Shown piece by piece: positions 1 to 8,941 of a DNA stretch of 35,162 nucleotides. The stretch is taken from assembly GCA_043767805.1 (NCBI GenBank), contig JAYUGC010000065.1:1-35162 (forward strand). The letters are read 5' to 3'. Positions within the stretch are counted from its first letter, which is position 1; every line of letters begins with the position of its first letter. Source of the DNA: Pseudomonadota bacterium. GTDB taxonomy: Bacteria; Bdellovibrionota; FAC87; UBA2466. Both the position numbers and the translations under genes were made by a program. The notes beneath the pieces are model-generated. The model was given only the letters and a program-made list of their open reading frames with translations, searched no databases and had not been told where the DNA came from.

Positions 1-373
1 CCGCTTCGAGATCCTTGACGGAGTAAAAGCTCAAGCCTTCATCCGGCGGGATGGTCATGATCATCTGATCGGGCGTCGGCACCGGATCGTAGGGCCCCGG
101 AATTTCCACTTCGGCGCCTTTGTTTAAATCGAGAATGTAATTGCGCTTGCCCGAGGCATACGCCACCTGATCGGAATTCGGGAACGGACGAAAGAAATAG
201 TTGGGCGTGCGCGCGGCTTCCGCTTGCGACACGGTGGTGGTGTCGTCCAGCCGGCAAAGCACCGCGCTCTCCTGTGTCTGCTCGTCTGCAAGTCCCAGGC
301 TCACGGGCCCGAGCACGAGCAAAGCCAACCCTCGCTTAATCTTGCGAGAGGTACTCCTTGATGAATGCCACAT
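1..373 (-). CDS. Secreted hypothetical protein, 5' part only (runs off the window edge)
   Basis: Absent from the ORF track because it has no stop in the window. My translation from ATG 373 is MWHSSRSTSRKIKRGLALLVLGPVSLGLA-DEQTQESAVLCRLDD...PNYFFRPFPNSDQVAYASGKRNYILDL...IPGPYDPVPTPD..., open to position 2. The N-terminus is signal-peptide-like and overlaps the end of the upstream gene. TTG starts at 328 or 322 are alternatives. Confidence 0.7.
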   Translation of the reverse strand, partial: MWHSSRSTSRKIKRGLALLVLGPVSLGLADEQTQESAVLCRLDDTTTVSQAEAARTPNYFFRPFPNSDQVAYASGKRNYILDLNKGAEVEIPGPYDPVPTPDQMIMTIPPDEGLSFYSVKDLEA

Positions 374-1082
374 ACTGTCCTTCGCTTTTCACGCCCGGAA
401 ACACAGGGCCGACAACCCTGCCCCGGGAGAACAAAACCGTAGTGGGATAATGCTGGCCGACGCCTCGCTGAATCAGCTCCCAGGCTTCGAGCCGCCGGGA
501 GCTTGCCTTTAGCGTGTTGAACTCCGACGGCATCTCCGACAGAAGCAGCGCCGACGCGTGCGGATCCAAAACCGCGAAGACCGGAAGCCCGGTCTTACGT
601 GCGGCTCGTTGCAAGGGCTCCCACCCTTTCAAGGAGTAAGGCATGTGCGGTGACCACACGTAGAGAATGCCTTGAGGATTGGCGGCGGCCACTGCTTCGA
701 AACGAGAATCGTCGAAGGTGTCTTTCATCCGCCCCTCATCGCGGCGGATGAGCGCGGAAGCAAGCTTCGGCGCGCAGCGCTTTGGCTCCCAAGTGATCTT
801 GGTGCTGCTAGTGGGCGAAAGGCGAATGACCTCGAGCCCACCGTCTTTCAAAAGCTTCAGTTCGATCCAAGTCCCGATTTTTCGGGTCGGCGTGCGGTGA
901 ACGACTTCCGCTTCCGGAGAAAGAAAAGGTTTCCATATCCGCTCCGGCTCCCAGCGATCGAGAACTCGCTCGGCACTAGCGTGGCACTTTCGGCCTTCGA
1001 GCAGCCTTTCAGTCCCGTGCCCTGCCGCCGGGAGAGTCGGCAGGGCCAGGAGGAGTAGAGCGGAAATCGAAAACCGTTTCAC
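336..1082 (-). CDS. Secreted hypothetical protein with a C-terminal thioredoxin-like fold lacking CxxC
   Basis: 248 aa, GTG start with GAGG upstream, signal peptide MKRFSISALLLLALPTLPA. ILYVWSPHMPYS and HYPTTVLF resemble the Trx active-site strand and the cis-Pro loop. Confidence 0.65.
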   Translation of the reverse strand: MKRFSISALLLLALPTLPAAGHGTERLLEGRKCHASAERVLDRWEPERIWKPFLSPEAEVVHRTPTRKIGTWIELKLLKDGGLEVIRLSPTSSTKITWEPKRCAPKLASALIRRDEGRMKDTFDDSRFEAVAAANPQGILYVWSPHMPYSLKGWEPLQRAARKTGLPVFAVLDPHASALLLSEMPSEFNTLKASSRRLEAWELIQRGVGQHYPTTVLFSRGRVVGPVFPGVKSEGQYVAFIKEYLSQD

Positions 1083-1415
1083 TTTGAATGCCCTCTTTTC
1101 GGGCGGGCCGAGTGTTTAGCCCGTGGAACTAGGCAATTGCATATCTCTCACCAAGTTTTCGGAGAGCGCCGGGAAAGAATCGAAGCCCGCGCATCTCAAT
1201 CGGAATTTGGATAGCGACAAAACGGGGCACCCCTTCCCGAAACCGTCGGCGTAATGGAGCCTTTCCAAGCCCTCTCGTTAAACCAATGAAACCCCATCTT
1301 TTTTCCCCGTCTAGCCGGAAGGCACCCCATTCGATTACGGCGCAGTCGAAGTGCCCCGCCACGGCACCTAATGCGCAGTGTCACATAAAGCGCGAGACCC
1401 CGTGATAGATCGGGC

Positions 1416-1889
1416 TTGATGATTCGGCTTGGCCTGCTTTGTCTCGTGCTTTTGCTCTCCGGTTGCGGGCGCGATCCCACACTCGAGGAAATCAACGAGT
1501 TCAGCCCGTACTTCCAAAGATTCGAAGCGGCTTCCGCGCAATACGGAAGAGATACGTCCGGCGACAGCCGCGTACGCATTTTGTATGGCGCGCTTCATCC
1601 CGGCGAAGTCGGGGTGTGCGAACAAGGGCCGTTTCAAGCGCCGCGAGTCTTGGTGAGCCGCCCGGCTTGGCAAGCGCGCTCCGAGGCGGGGCGCGAGGCG
1701 CTCATTTTTCACGAATTAGGCCATTGTCTCTTGGGACGAGATCACAAGGATGACTTCGCCGCGCTTCAACGACAGAAAGGCCGCGGCATTTATCTCCCCG
1801 CGAGCCTCATGAACACGCGCGGGGTTCGAGCCGAGTACTATGCCGCCGATCGTTCCTACTATCTGAAGGAACTCTTCACCGCCCGATAG
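1416..1889 (+). CDS. Lipoprotein, metzincin/matrixin-like zinc metalloprotease
   Basis: Lipobox LLSG-C, zinc motif HELGHCLLGRDH, Met-turn SLMN. Start is TTG 1416 or ATG 1419. Confidence 0.8.
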   Translation: MMIRLGLLCLVLLLSGCGRDPTLEEINEFSPYFQRFEAASAQYGRDTSGDSRVRILYGALHPGEVGVCEQGPFQAPRVLVSRPAWQARSEAGREALIFHELGHCLLGRDHKDDFAALQRQKGRGIYLPASLMNTRGVRAEYYAADRSYYLKELFTAR

Positions 1890-1921
1890 TCTTTCGGCCC
1901 TCCGTTAGGTACTCTCGTCGG

Positions 1922-3715
1922 ATGTGGGATCGCCCTCTTCGCCGCTGGCGCCATCAATGGCAAAAAGCCGCTAAACTCGCGGACAAAATCTCTTCACTGA
2001 GAGCCGTCCTCTTTATTTTCGGAAGCACGGCGACCATCGTGCTACTGGCGCTGGGCAAACGAAGCGCCGCTGAGTGGCTGGCCTTGGTGTTCTTCCTCGG
2101 CTTTCTCATCGCGGCACTTTGGCACCGGCGGGTGGCGGGCGCCGCCGCGCGGGCGGCAACTCGCCTAAAACTCACGGAAAGCGCCAAAGCCAAAGCGGAG
2201 CTGGCATGGAAGCTCATTCCCGAGCTTCCGCCTTTGCCGCCGCAAAGAAAGTTGCCGAAGTATTTTTTCGATTTGGATCTTGTCCGGGGGCACTCGCTGC
2301 TTCGCCTGATCAACACCACGGTTTCCTCGGCGGGCTGGCACCGGCTACTCGACTACTTCGATAGCAACGCGCTTTCCTTGACCGAGCTCGAAGAGCGGCA
2401 AGCCAAAGTGAGCGATCTCTTTCGCCTGCGCGTGCTCCGCCGCCGGTTTCTGGCGGTCTGCGCAGATTTCGCGGGCCGCATCGATTCCGAGGCTCTCGTC
2501 GCGCTCGTGGGACAAAGCCTTCACACACCAAAAGCCGTGACTTACTTTTTGATCATTCTCGTCGTGCAGACGGCGGCGGTGGCGGCTTTCGCCCTGTCGG
2601 CGTTGAAAGGATGGCCCCCGCTTTTTCTGCTCTTAGGAGCGGGAGCAGCTCTCCTTTACCGCTGGGGTGGGCGAGAGATCCGGATCCTCGCCGCTTATGG
2701 CGACGCTTTGGTGATTGAAGCGTCTCTCGGTAATCTTTTGGTCCTGGTGGAGCCCTTGCGACGCCTGAGACGAGCCGGCCGGCCGGAGCTCAACGCGCTT
2801 CTTTCGCCCTTCGAAGGCCCGCGGAATCCCGCGGTGGAGTTAAAACGACTCGAGCGCATCACCGGCTTTCTAGGGGTGCGCCAAAATCCTTTGCTCCACT
2901 TGGGAATGAATTTGACTTTCCCCTGGGACTTTTTTTGGACACTGAGACTCGAGAAAGTGCGGCGGGAGATCGCGGAGTCCCTTCCCGACTGGCTTTTTCG
3001 CCTGGCCGAAGTGGAGGCGCTCGCTTCGCTCGCCGAGTGGCAAGCGACCCATCCCACCTATAATTTGCCCACGTTTTCGGCGACTACCGAGCTGCACGCG
3101 GTGAACCTGGGCCACCCGCTCATTTCGCCCGAGAAAAGAGTCTCCAACGATTTGCCTCTCGGCGCGGATACGAAATGCCTTCTAATCACGGGCTCCAACA
3201 TGTCGGGAAAGAGCACCTTCCTGCGCTCGCTCGGCATCAACTTAGTGCTCGCCAAAGCAGGCACTTCCGTCTGCGCGAAGAGCTTCGCGGTGTATCCCGC
3301 CCGGCTCTACACCTCGCTTCGAGTCGAGGACTCGCTGGAGGACAACCTCTCTTCCTTCTACGCCGAAGTGAAAGAACTAAAGCAAATCCTGGATTCGGCG
3401 AGCGTCGGCACTTTCTTTCTTATCGACGAGATTTTTAGAGGCACCAATAACCGCGAACGGCTCATCGGAAGCCGGGCGTACCTGCGAGGACTAGCGCGCA
3501 CGAAAGCCATCGGTCTCGTCACCACCCACGACTTGGAGCTGACCAGCTTGGCCTCCGAGTTTCCGGGTTTCAAAAACGGGCATTTCCGCGAGGATATCCA
3601 CGATGGGAAGATGACCTTTTCCTATCGGCTTTCCACGGGGCCTTGCCCCACCACCAACGCGCTTCAAGTCATGAAGCTCGCGGGCCTTCCCATCGAAGAC
3701 AATCCGGCGTCATGA
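1922..3715 (+). CDS. Membrane-anchored MutS-related protein (MutS domain V ATPase)
   Basis: 597 aa with N-terminal and central hydrophobic helices. Walker A GSNMSGKST, SSFYAEV, Walker B LIDEIFRGTN, TTHDLEL. No mismatch-recognition domain, so this is not MutS1. Confidence 0.85.
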   Translation: MWDRPLRRWRHQWQKAAKLADKISSLRAVLFIFGSTATIVLLALGKRSAAEWLALVFFLGFLIAALWHRRVAGAAARAATRLKLTESAKAKAELAWKLIPELPPLPPQRKLPKYFFDLDLVRGHSLLRLINTTVSSAGWHRLLDYFDSNALSLTELEERQAKVSDLFRLRVLRRRFLAVCADFAGRIDSEALVALVGQSLHTPKAVTYFLIILVVQTAAVAAFALSALKGWPPLFLLLGAGAALLYRWGGREIRILAAYGDALVIEASLGNLLVLVEPLRRLRRAGRPELNALLSPFEGPRNPAVELKRLERITGFLGVRQNPLLHLGMNLTFPWDFFWTLRLEKVRREIAESLPDWLFRLAEVEALASLAEWQATHPTYNLPTFSATTELHAVNLGHPLISPEKRVSNDLPLGADTKCLLITGSNMSGKSTFLRSLGINLVLAKAGTSVCAKSFAVYPARLYTSLRVEDSLEDNLSSFYAEVKELKQILDSASVGTFFLIDEIFRGTNNRERLIGSRAYLRGLARTKAIGLVTTHDLELTSLASEFPGFKNGHFREDIHDGKMTFSYRLSTGPCPTTNALQVMKLAGLPIEDNPAS

Positions 3716-5082
3716 AAGCGCTCACCCCCTCTCGTTTCGACTGGGTCATCTCCCTCTCTCTTTCCAATTTTCTTTTTTGGCGAGACTGGCTGAACGTGCT
3801 CACCAATACCGACGAGGGGGGCACGGAAGCGCTCTATCTCGGACTTAGGCAATCGTTGACGGGGTATCTCGCCCTTCCCGCCTACGTCATGGCACTCACG
3901 ATCCTGATTTGGCTCGGAGTACGCGCCCTGCGCTCGCTACCCTTTCCTCGTCCGGCCAGACTTTTCGGAAAAATCGGGGCGACGCTTCTGGCTCTGGTCG
4001 CGCCCTTCGTGCTTTTCACTTTTAGTTGGTCGATCTTTTTGGCCTTTCAACCCAAAGGCGAGACCCTCGCCGTGCCCTCGACTCGAAATCCTTCCTTGCA
4101 CCGCACTTTGGTCCTCTTGTTCGATGAAATGGATGAGACGATCTTCTTTCGGGAAAGAGAAGCCGGCTTCTCTCTTCCGCACCTGGACGAATTTCGAAAG
4201 CAAGCGTTTCTTGGAACGAAGGCGTTCTCTCCGAACGGCTGCACTTTACTAGCCATTCCGACTTTGTTGACGGGCCACCTCACCACTGAAGCCAATGCGA
4301 CGAGCGCCTCCGAGCTCAAAGTCCAGGCCGATGGCAAAACGTCCTCTTTTTCCGAGATGCCGCAAATCTTCTCGCAGGCCAAAGCCTCGGGGGCTCGTAC
4401 CGGCATCTTGGGGTTCTTTCACCCTTATTGCCGGCTGTTTGGAAGGTACACGCACCGCTGCCGCTCGTTTTCCTCTCTCGAGTACGATTACGGCGAGTTT
4501 CCTTTCGTCCCGCTCACTTTTCAGCCGCCGTGGACGGCGAGGGAGATCCTCACTCACCGACGCAATTTCGCTCTCTTCGCCGAAGCGGCGACCGCCATGG
4601 TCGCCGATCCTTCTTACGATTTGATCTATTTTCACGTTCCCTTGCCGCGGCCTCCCGGCATCTCCGCCGGGAAGGCTGGCTACGGCCAGGACGGCTTTCT
4701 CGCCAACGGCGCTCTCGCCGATAAGCTCTTCGGCGAGTTGCGCCGGCAACTGGAGCGCGCGGGAATGTGGGAGCAAACCCAAATTCTCATCACGGCCGAT
4801 CATGGTTACCGTGACTCCCCTCGCGCGCTGGAACTTTCCGAAGGGCGAAGCCGCTATTTGCGAGTGCCGTTCCTGGTGAAGTTCGCGGGAAAAGTAGACG
4901 CCGCCTCCTTCGATCTTCCCTTCTCGACCGGTGCTTTGAGCTCCTGGGTCGACGGCCTCTTAAACGGTGAGCTGAAAAACGCGGCGGCGCTCGAAGCTCG
5001 GCTGAAGCTAAGTCCCGCGCCCCTGGGCGAGCCCGCCCGATCCCAGAACGAGTACTGCAAGCTTCCTCGCCCCACGCCGTAG
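3712..5082 (+). CDS. Membrane-anchored sulfatase/alkaline-phosphatase-superfamily hydrolase or transferase
   Basis: ATG 3712 overlaps the MutS stop (ATGA). 456 aa, about 3 N-terminal TM segments, LLFDEMD, CTLLAIP (Thr at the nucleophile position), TADHG, RVPFLVK. Confidence 0.75.
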   Translation: MKALTPSRFDWVISLSLSNFLFWRDWLNVLTNTDEGGTEALYLGLRQSLTGYLALPAYVMALTILIWLGVRALRSLPFPRPARLFGKIGATLLALVAPFVLFTFSWSIFLAFQPKGETLAVPSTRNPSLHRTLVLLFDEMDETIFFREREAGFSLPHLDEFRKQAFLGTKAFSPNGCTLLAIPTLLTGHLTTEANATSASELKVQADGKTSSFSEMPQIFSQAKASGARTGILGFFHPYCRLFGRYTHRCRSFSSLEYDYGEFPFVPLTFQPPWTAREILTHRRNFALFAEAATAMVADPSYDLIYFHVPLPRPPGISAGKAGYGQDGFLANGALADKLFGELRRQLERAGMWEQTQILITADHGYRDSPRALELSEGRSRYLRVPFLVKFAGKVDAASFDLPFSTGALSSWVDGLLNGELKNAAALEARLKLSPAPLGEPARSQNEYCKLPRPTP

Positions 5083-5102
5083 AGTCGCCGTACAATGGCC
5101 CC

Positions 5103-5312
5103 ATGCCGAACTCGCCCATCCTTGCCAGTTTCTTAGGACCTTTCTCTATCCGCTTCTCGCCGATAGAGAGCCCGGACTTCGGCCGAGTGACATTTTTCTG
5201 CGAGAGAGAGACGGATGGCAGGCCGAAGAAGCTCTCCCCGGCGGCACGCGGACTCTCTACGCTTTGCGCCGGATTTGATTCTCCCGGACCAGTGTGCGTT
5301 AATCCCGGTTGA
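5103..5312 (+). CDS. Possible small leaderless ORF (69 aa) upstream of the M14 peptidase
   Basis: TACAAT at 5091-5096 lies 6 nt before the ATG. The TGA stop overlaps the peptidase ATG (TGATG). No recognisable domain. Confidence 0.25.
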   Translation: MPNSPILASFLGPFSIRFSPIESPDFGRVTFFCERETDGRPKKLSPAARGLSTLCAGFDSPGPVCVNPG

Positions 5313-7063
5313 TGAAAGCCATTTGCCTGCTCTTCTTCGCGCTCCCCCTCTTCGCGGCGGCTCCTCCTCTGACCACTCTCGCCGAGCGCACCCAGTGGAA
5401 ACAAACGGGCCGCTACGCCGAGGCTACCCAGCTCTGCGAGGCTTTCCCCAAAGCGTTTCCGGGACAAGCACGGTGCTTTACGTTTGGTAAATCCGCCGAG
5501 GGACGGCCTATGGTCGGTCTCGTAGTGTCTTCCGACGGCACGCTCAATCCCAAGGCGGCGCAAAAGAAGAACCGTCCCGTCCTTTTCATTCAAGGCGGCA
5601 TTCACGCCGGCGAAATCGACGGTAAGGACGCCGGCTTTCTCGCGCTACGGGAGATGCTCGCCAAGGAACAGATTCCCGAGGGCCTCGCCAAATCCACCGT
5701 GGTTTTCGTTCCGGTCTTCAACGTCGACGGGCACGAGCGCTTTGGGAAGTGGAACCGCCCGAATCAGGTGGGGCCTGAAGAGATGGGCTGGCGCACCACC
5801 GCGCAAAACCTCAACTTGAACCGCGACTACATGAAAGCGGAAGCCCCCGAGATGGCCGCGATGATCGCGTGGCTTAGAGAATGGGACCCGGTCCTCTATG
5901 TGGACCTTCACGTCACGGACGGCGCGGACTTTCAGCTCGGCGTTTCGGTGACCGTTCAGCCGTCTCGTTATGGCCCGAAGAAATTGAGACAAGTCGGCGA
6001 GGAAGTACGCGAGAAAATGATGGGTCGTCTAAAAAAACTCGGCCATCTCGCCGTCGATTTCTACCCCAGCTTTCGAAAGGACGACGATCCCACTTCCGGA
6101 TTCGAGGAGTACGCCCCGCTTCCGCGGTTTTCCCACGCCTATTGGGCGCTTCATAACCGGATCGGCGTGTTGGTGGAGACTCATTCCTGGAAGGACTACG
6201 CCACCCGGGTCAAGCTCACCCACGACACGATTCTGCAGCTCGTGGATCTCGCCCGCCTAGAGGGACGAGACTGGCTTTCCGCAGTGCATGCGACCGAAAA
6301 GTCCGAGATGAGCTTGGGAGGCGACGACGTTCCCCTCACTTTCGCCGCCACGGATAAGACGAAGACCATTTCTTTTCCCGGTTACGCCTACAAGCGAGAG
6401 CCTTCGCCCGTCTCGGGAGGCTTTCGCGTCACTTACGATCCGAGTAAGCCCGAAGTTTGGAAAGTACCTTTTTATTACGAGCTGAAGCCCAAGAAAGAAG
6501 TCCGCGCTCCGAAGGGCGGCTACCTCGTCCCCGCAGCGTATGCCGGCTGGGTCTCGGAGAAGCTGAAAATTCATGGCATTGGGTATGAGCTCGTCGATAA
6601 GACGCGCACTCTCGATGTGGAGACGTTTCGGGCGACGGAAGCGGTCCTTGCTAAAAATACGTTCGAAGGAAAGACGGCCCTCGCGGTTCAGGGCGAATGG
6701 AAGCGGGAGAAGCGCGAAGTAGTAAAGGGCTCCCTCTATGTTCCACTCACTCAGCCTCTTTCTCGGCTCGCCGTAAATCTTTTTGAGCCTGAGGCGCCGG
6801 ACTCTCTCGTTGCGTGGGGGTATTTCAACTCGGCTTTCGAGCGCAAGGAGTACATGGAGGCCTATGTCGCCGAAGGCCTAGCCGACACGATGTTAAAAGA
6901 TCCGAAAGTAGAGAAAGAGTTCAAGGCGCGAGTCGAAGCGGATGCGGAGTTCGCCAAAGACCCCGAGAAGCGACTCGACTTCTTTTACACCCGCCACCCG
7001 TCTTGGGATGAGCGCTACCGCCTCTACCCAGTCTACCGAGCCCCCCGCTCCCCCAACCCCTAA
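5312..7063 (+). CDS. Secreted M14 family zinc carboxypeptidase
   Basis: Signal peptide MKAICLLFFALPLFA, IHAGEIDG (HxxE), NVDG, LNLNRD, VDLH. 583 aa. Confidence 0.9.
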   Translation: MKAICLLFFALPLFAAAPPLTTLAERTQWKQTGRYAEATQLCEAFPKAFPGQARCFTFGKSAEGRPMVGLVVSSDGTLNPKAAQKKNRPVLFIQGGIHAGEIDGKDAGFLALREMLAKEQIPEGLAKSTVVFVPVFNVDGHERFGKWNRPNQVGPEEMGWRTTAQNLNLNRDYMKAEAPEMAAMIAWLREWDPVLYVDLHVTDGADFQLGVSVTVQPSRYGPKKLRQVGEEVREKMMGRLKKLGHLAVDFYPSFRKDDDPTSGFEEYAPLPRFSHAYWALHNRIGVLVETHSWKDYATRVKLTHDTILQLVDLARLEGRDWLSAVHATEKSEMSLGGDDVPLTFAATDKTKTISFPGYAYKREPSPVSGGFRVTYDPSKPEVWKVPFYYELKPKKEVRAPKGGYLVPAAYAGWVSEKLKIHGIGYELVDKTRTLDVETFRATEAVLAKNTFEGKTALAVQGEWKREKREVVKGSLYVPLTQPLSRLAVNLFEPEAPDSLVAWGYFNSAFERKEYMEAYVAEGLADTMLKDPKVEKEFKARVEADAEFAKDPEKRLDFFYTRHPSWDERYRLYPVYRAPRSPNP

Positions 7064-7089
7064 AAGATGCCTGGGTCGGCACCTTTTAG
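7060..7089. repeat. REP-like palindrome
   Basis: CTAAAAGATGCC-tgggtc-GGCACCTTTTAG is an 11/12 inverted repeat containing the peptidase stop codon. It shares CTAAAAG...CACCTTTTAG with the element at 20433-20457. Confidence 0.6.
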
Positions 7090-7132
7090 CCAGCCACTCG
7101 GATTTCGAAAAACAAGGGCTTTGGGGAGCGCG

Positions 7133-7258
7133 AAAGAAAAACGGCTCGCCGTTCAAACTACGAAAGCGAGCCGTTTTCCCTTCACCGACTAAAAAAGCCG
7201 GTGATGCTGGGTCACCTTCCGATGGGGTTGCACTTCGCTCACACCGCAGCGGGACCAC
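7133..7258 (-). ncRNA. Candidate structured small RNA of unknown family
   Basis: Minus-strand TTGACC (7292-7287)-N16-TAGGTT (7270-7265) promoter-like pair, several nested stems, and a terminator hairpin at the 3' end. Confidence 0.35.
7138..7177. terminator. Bidirectional intrinsic terminator-like hairpin
   Basis: Perfect 12-bp inverted repeat AAAACGGCTCGC / GCGAGCCGTTTT with a 16-nt loop and T-runs on both strands, between convergent genes. Confidence 0.65.
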
Positions 7259-7302
7259 ACTTTTAACCTAGGCTTTTCCTAGGCGGGGTCAAGCTGAGCC
7301 AT

Positions 7303-8877
7303 TCACTCGCAACTGGCGAGCTGCTCGAGGATGAGCGTGCCAAGATGTTCCACCTTGTGCTGGCCAATGCCGTAAACCTTCTCGAGATCCTCGATAGAGT
7401 GCGGGTTCTTTTTCGCAAGATCGCGGAGCGTCTTGTTGCTGAATACGAGAAACGCGGGGATATCGTGCTCTTCCGCGTACTGCTTGCGCCAGTCTTTCAG
7501 CATTTCCTCGCGCACACCCTCTTTCGCCGTCAGGGGCGCGTCGCCGTCCACCTCGCCCTTGCCCTTTTTCGATTTCGCCTTCGACTTCGGCTGAGCTCTC
7601 GCCATCGAATCGTCCAGTACGCCTTGCGGCGGCGGCTGAACCCGGCGCGGAGATTTCGGATCGCAAATGTCGCAATGGCCACAGGCCTTCATGCGGAAGG
7701 AATCGCGGAAGTAAGTGAGAATCCCCGCGTGACGGCACTCCCCGCCCTCGACGAACTGGATCATGGTGTCGAGCGCGCGCCAGCGGCGGTTGATGCTCGC
7801 CGCGTCGGCTTCCGATTGCTGGATGAAATAGGAATGGAGTCCCTTGTCCTTTTTGGCATAGAGCAAAAGACAGGTGGAAGGCTTGCCGTCGCGGCCAGCG
7901 CGTCCCATTTCCTGGTAATAGCTCTCGACGTTGGCGGGCATTTGAAAGTGCGCGACTAGGCGCACGTCAGGGTGATCGATGCCCATGCCGAAAGCATTCG
8001 TCGCGGCGAGAATCCGAATTTTCCCCGAACCGAACTCCCCCTGGATGCGCGTGCGCTCTTCGGTACCGAGACCGGCGTGATAGTAACCGACATTTGAAAA
8101 CTCCGAGCCGAGCTCGGTGCAAACTAGTTCCGTCTGCTTGCGCGTGCCGCAGTAAATCAGAATGCGGCCTTCCGAAAACTGCCTTACCGCGTAGGAAAGC
8201 CGCTGAATTTTCTCGCCGTCGCCGTCGGCGTTCTCCACCTGATAGTAAAGATTGGAGCGATAAAAACCGTGAATGTGCCTATCGGGATTGCGCAGGCCCA
8301 GCGTACGCACGATGTCGCCCAGGACTTGAGGCGTGGCCGTCGCGGTCAGCGCCAGAATGGGAACGTCCGGACGCAGCTCCCGCAAAAGGTTCAGCTTGTA
8401 ATAATCTTTTCGGAAATCGGGTCCCCATTGCGAGACGCAATGAGACTCGTCGATGGCAAAGAGCGAGACGTTTTGATTTTTGATCCACGTCGCAAAGCCG
8501 GGCTTCTGCACGCGCTCCGGGGACACGTAGAGCAGAAAGCTGCTCTCTCGCTTTAGTTCGGCGAAGGCTTGTTGTTTCGCTTCCAAATCTTGCCCGGAGT
8601 GCAGGCACGCCGCGGGAATGCCGAGCTTACTGAGCGCCCGAACCTGATCTTCCATGAGCGCGATGAGCGGAGAGATGACGACGACGATACCCGGCTTTGA
8701 AATAGCCGGCAGCTGATAGCAAAGCGACTTACCGCCGCCCGTGGGCATCACGGCCAACGCATCCCGCCCACCCAGGACGGACTCGATCACTTCCTTTTGT
8801 CCCTTCCGAAACGAGGGAAGGCCAAAGCGATCGTGGAGTAAAACCGGGAGCTCAGCTGGGGTGGAAATTTCGGGCAC
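7303..8877 (-). CDS. recQ: RecQ-family ATP-dependent DNA helicase with HRDC domain
   Basis: MPTGGGKSLCYQLP, SPLIALMEDQV, IDESHCVSQWG, LTATAT, ATNAFGMGID, YYQEMGRAGRDG, Zn site CRH...CGHCDIC, C-terminal HRDC (PAFLVFSNKTL). The ORF extends to 8937; GTG 8877 is my preferred start. Confidence 0.93.
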   Translation of the reverse strand: MPEISTPAELPVLLHDRFGLPSFRKGQKEVIESVLGGRDALAVMPTGGGKSLCYQLPAISKPGIVVVISPLIALMEDQVRALSKLGIPAACLHSGQDLEAKQQAFAELKRESSFLLYVSPERVQKPGFATWIKNQNVSLFAIDESHCVSQWGPDFRKDYYKLNLLRELRPDVPILALTATATPQVLGDIVRTLGLRNPDRHIHGFYRSNLYYQVENADGDGEKIQRLSYAVRQFSEGRILIYCGTRKQTELVCTELGSEFSNVGYYHAGLGTEERTRIQGEFGSGKIRILAATNAFGMGIDHPDVRLVAHFQMPANVESYYQEMGRAGRDGKPSTCLLLYAKKDKGLHSYFIQQSEADAASINRRWRALDTMIQFVEGGECRHAGILTYFRDSFRMKACGHCDICDPKSPRRVQPPPQGVLDDSMARAQPKSKAKSKKGKGEVDGDAPLTAKEGVREEMLKDWRKQYAEEHDIPAFLVFSNKTLRDLAKKNPHSIEDLEKVYGIGQHKVEHLGTLILEQLASCE

Positions 8878-8941
8878 GACCCAGAGTGGTACCAGGAAAT
8901 CGAGTCGGGGCCAACCGGCAACGGGGAGCGTCCGCAAAGCG

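Noticed and set aside
1083..1415. Intergenic ORFs (1129-1362, 1196-1579) and a weak GG-N10-GC site near 1363
   Set aside because: There are no coding signals or motifs and the sigma54 match is poor. Most simply this is a divergent promoter region.
6893..7258. 121-aa minus-strand ORF starting at the candidate sRNA start
   Set aside because: It crosses a terminator hairpin and a REP-like element, overlaps the M14 gene antisense, and has no protein-like features.
7210..7260. c-di-GMP-II riboswitch or SRP RNA identity for the structured region
   Set aside because: Only UGAGC..AGUGCAACC and GGAAGG..CAGC fragments match. The GGCAC pseudoknot partner and the SRP CAGG-GNRA-AGCAG core are missing.
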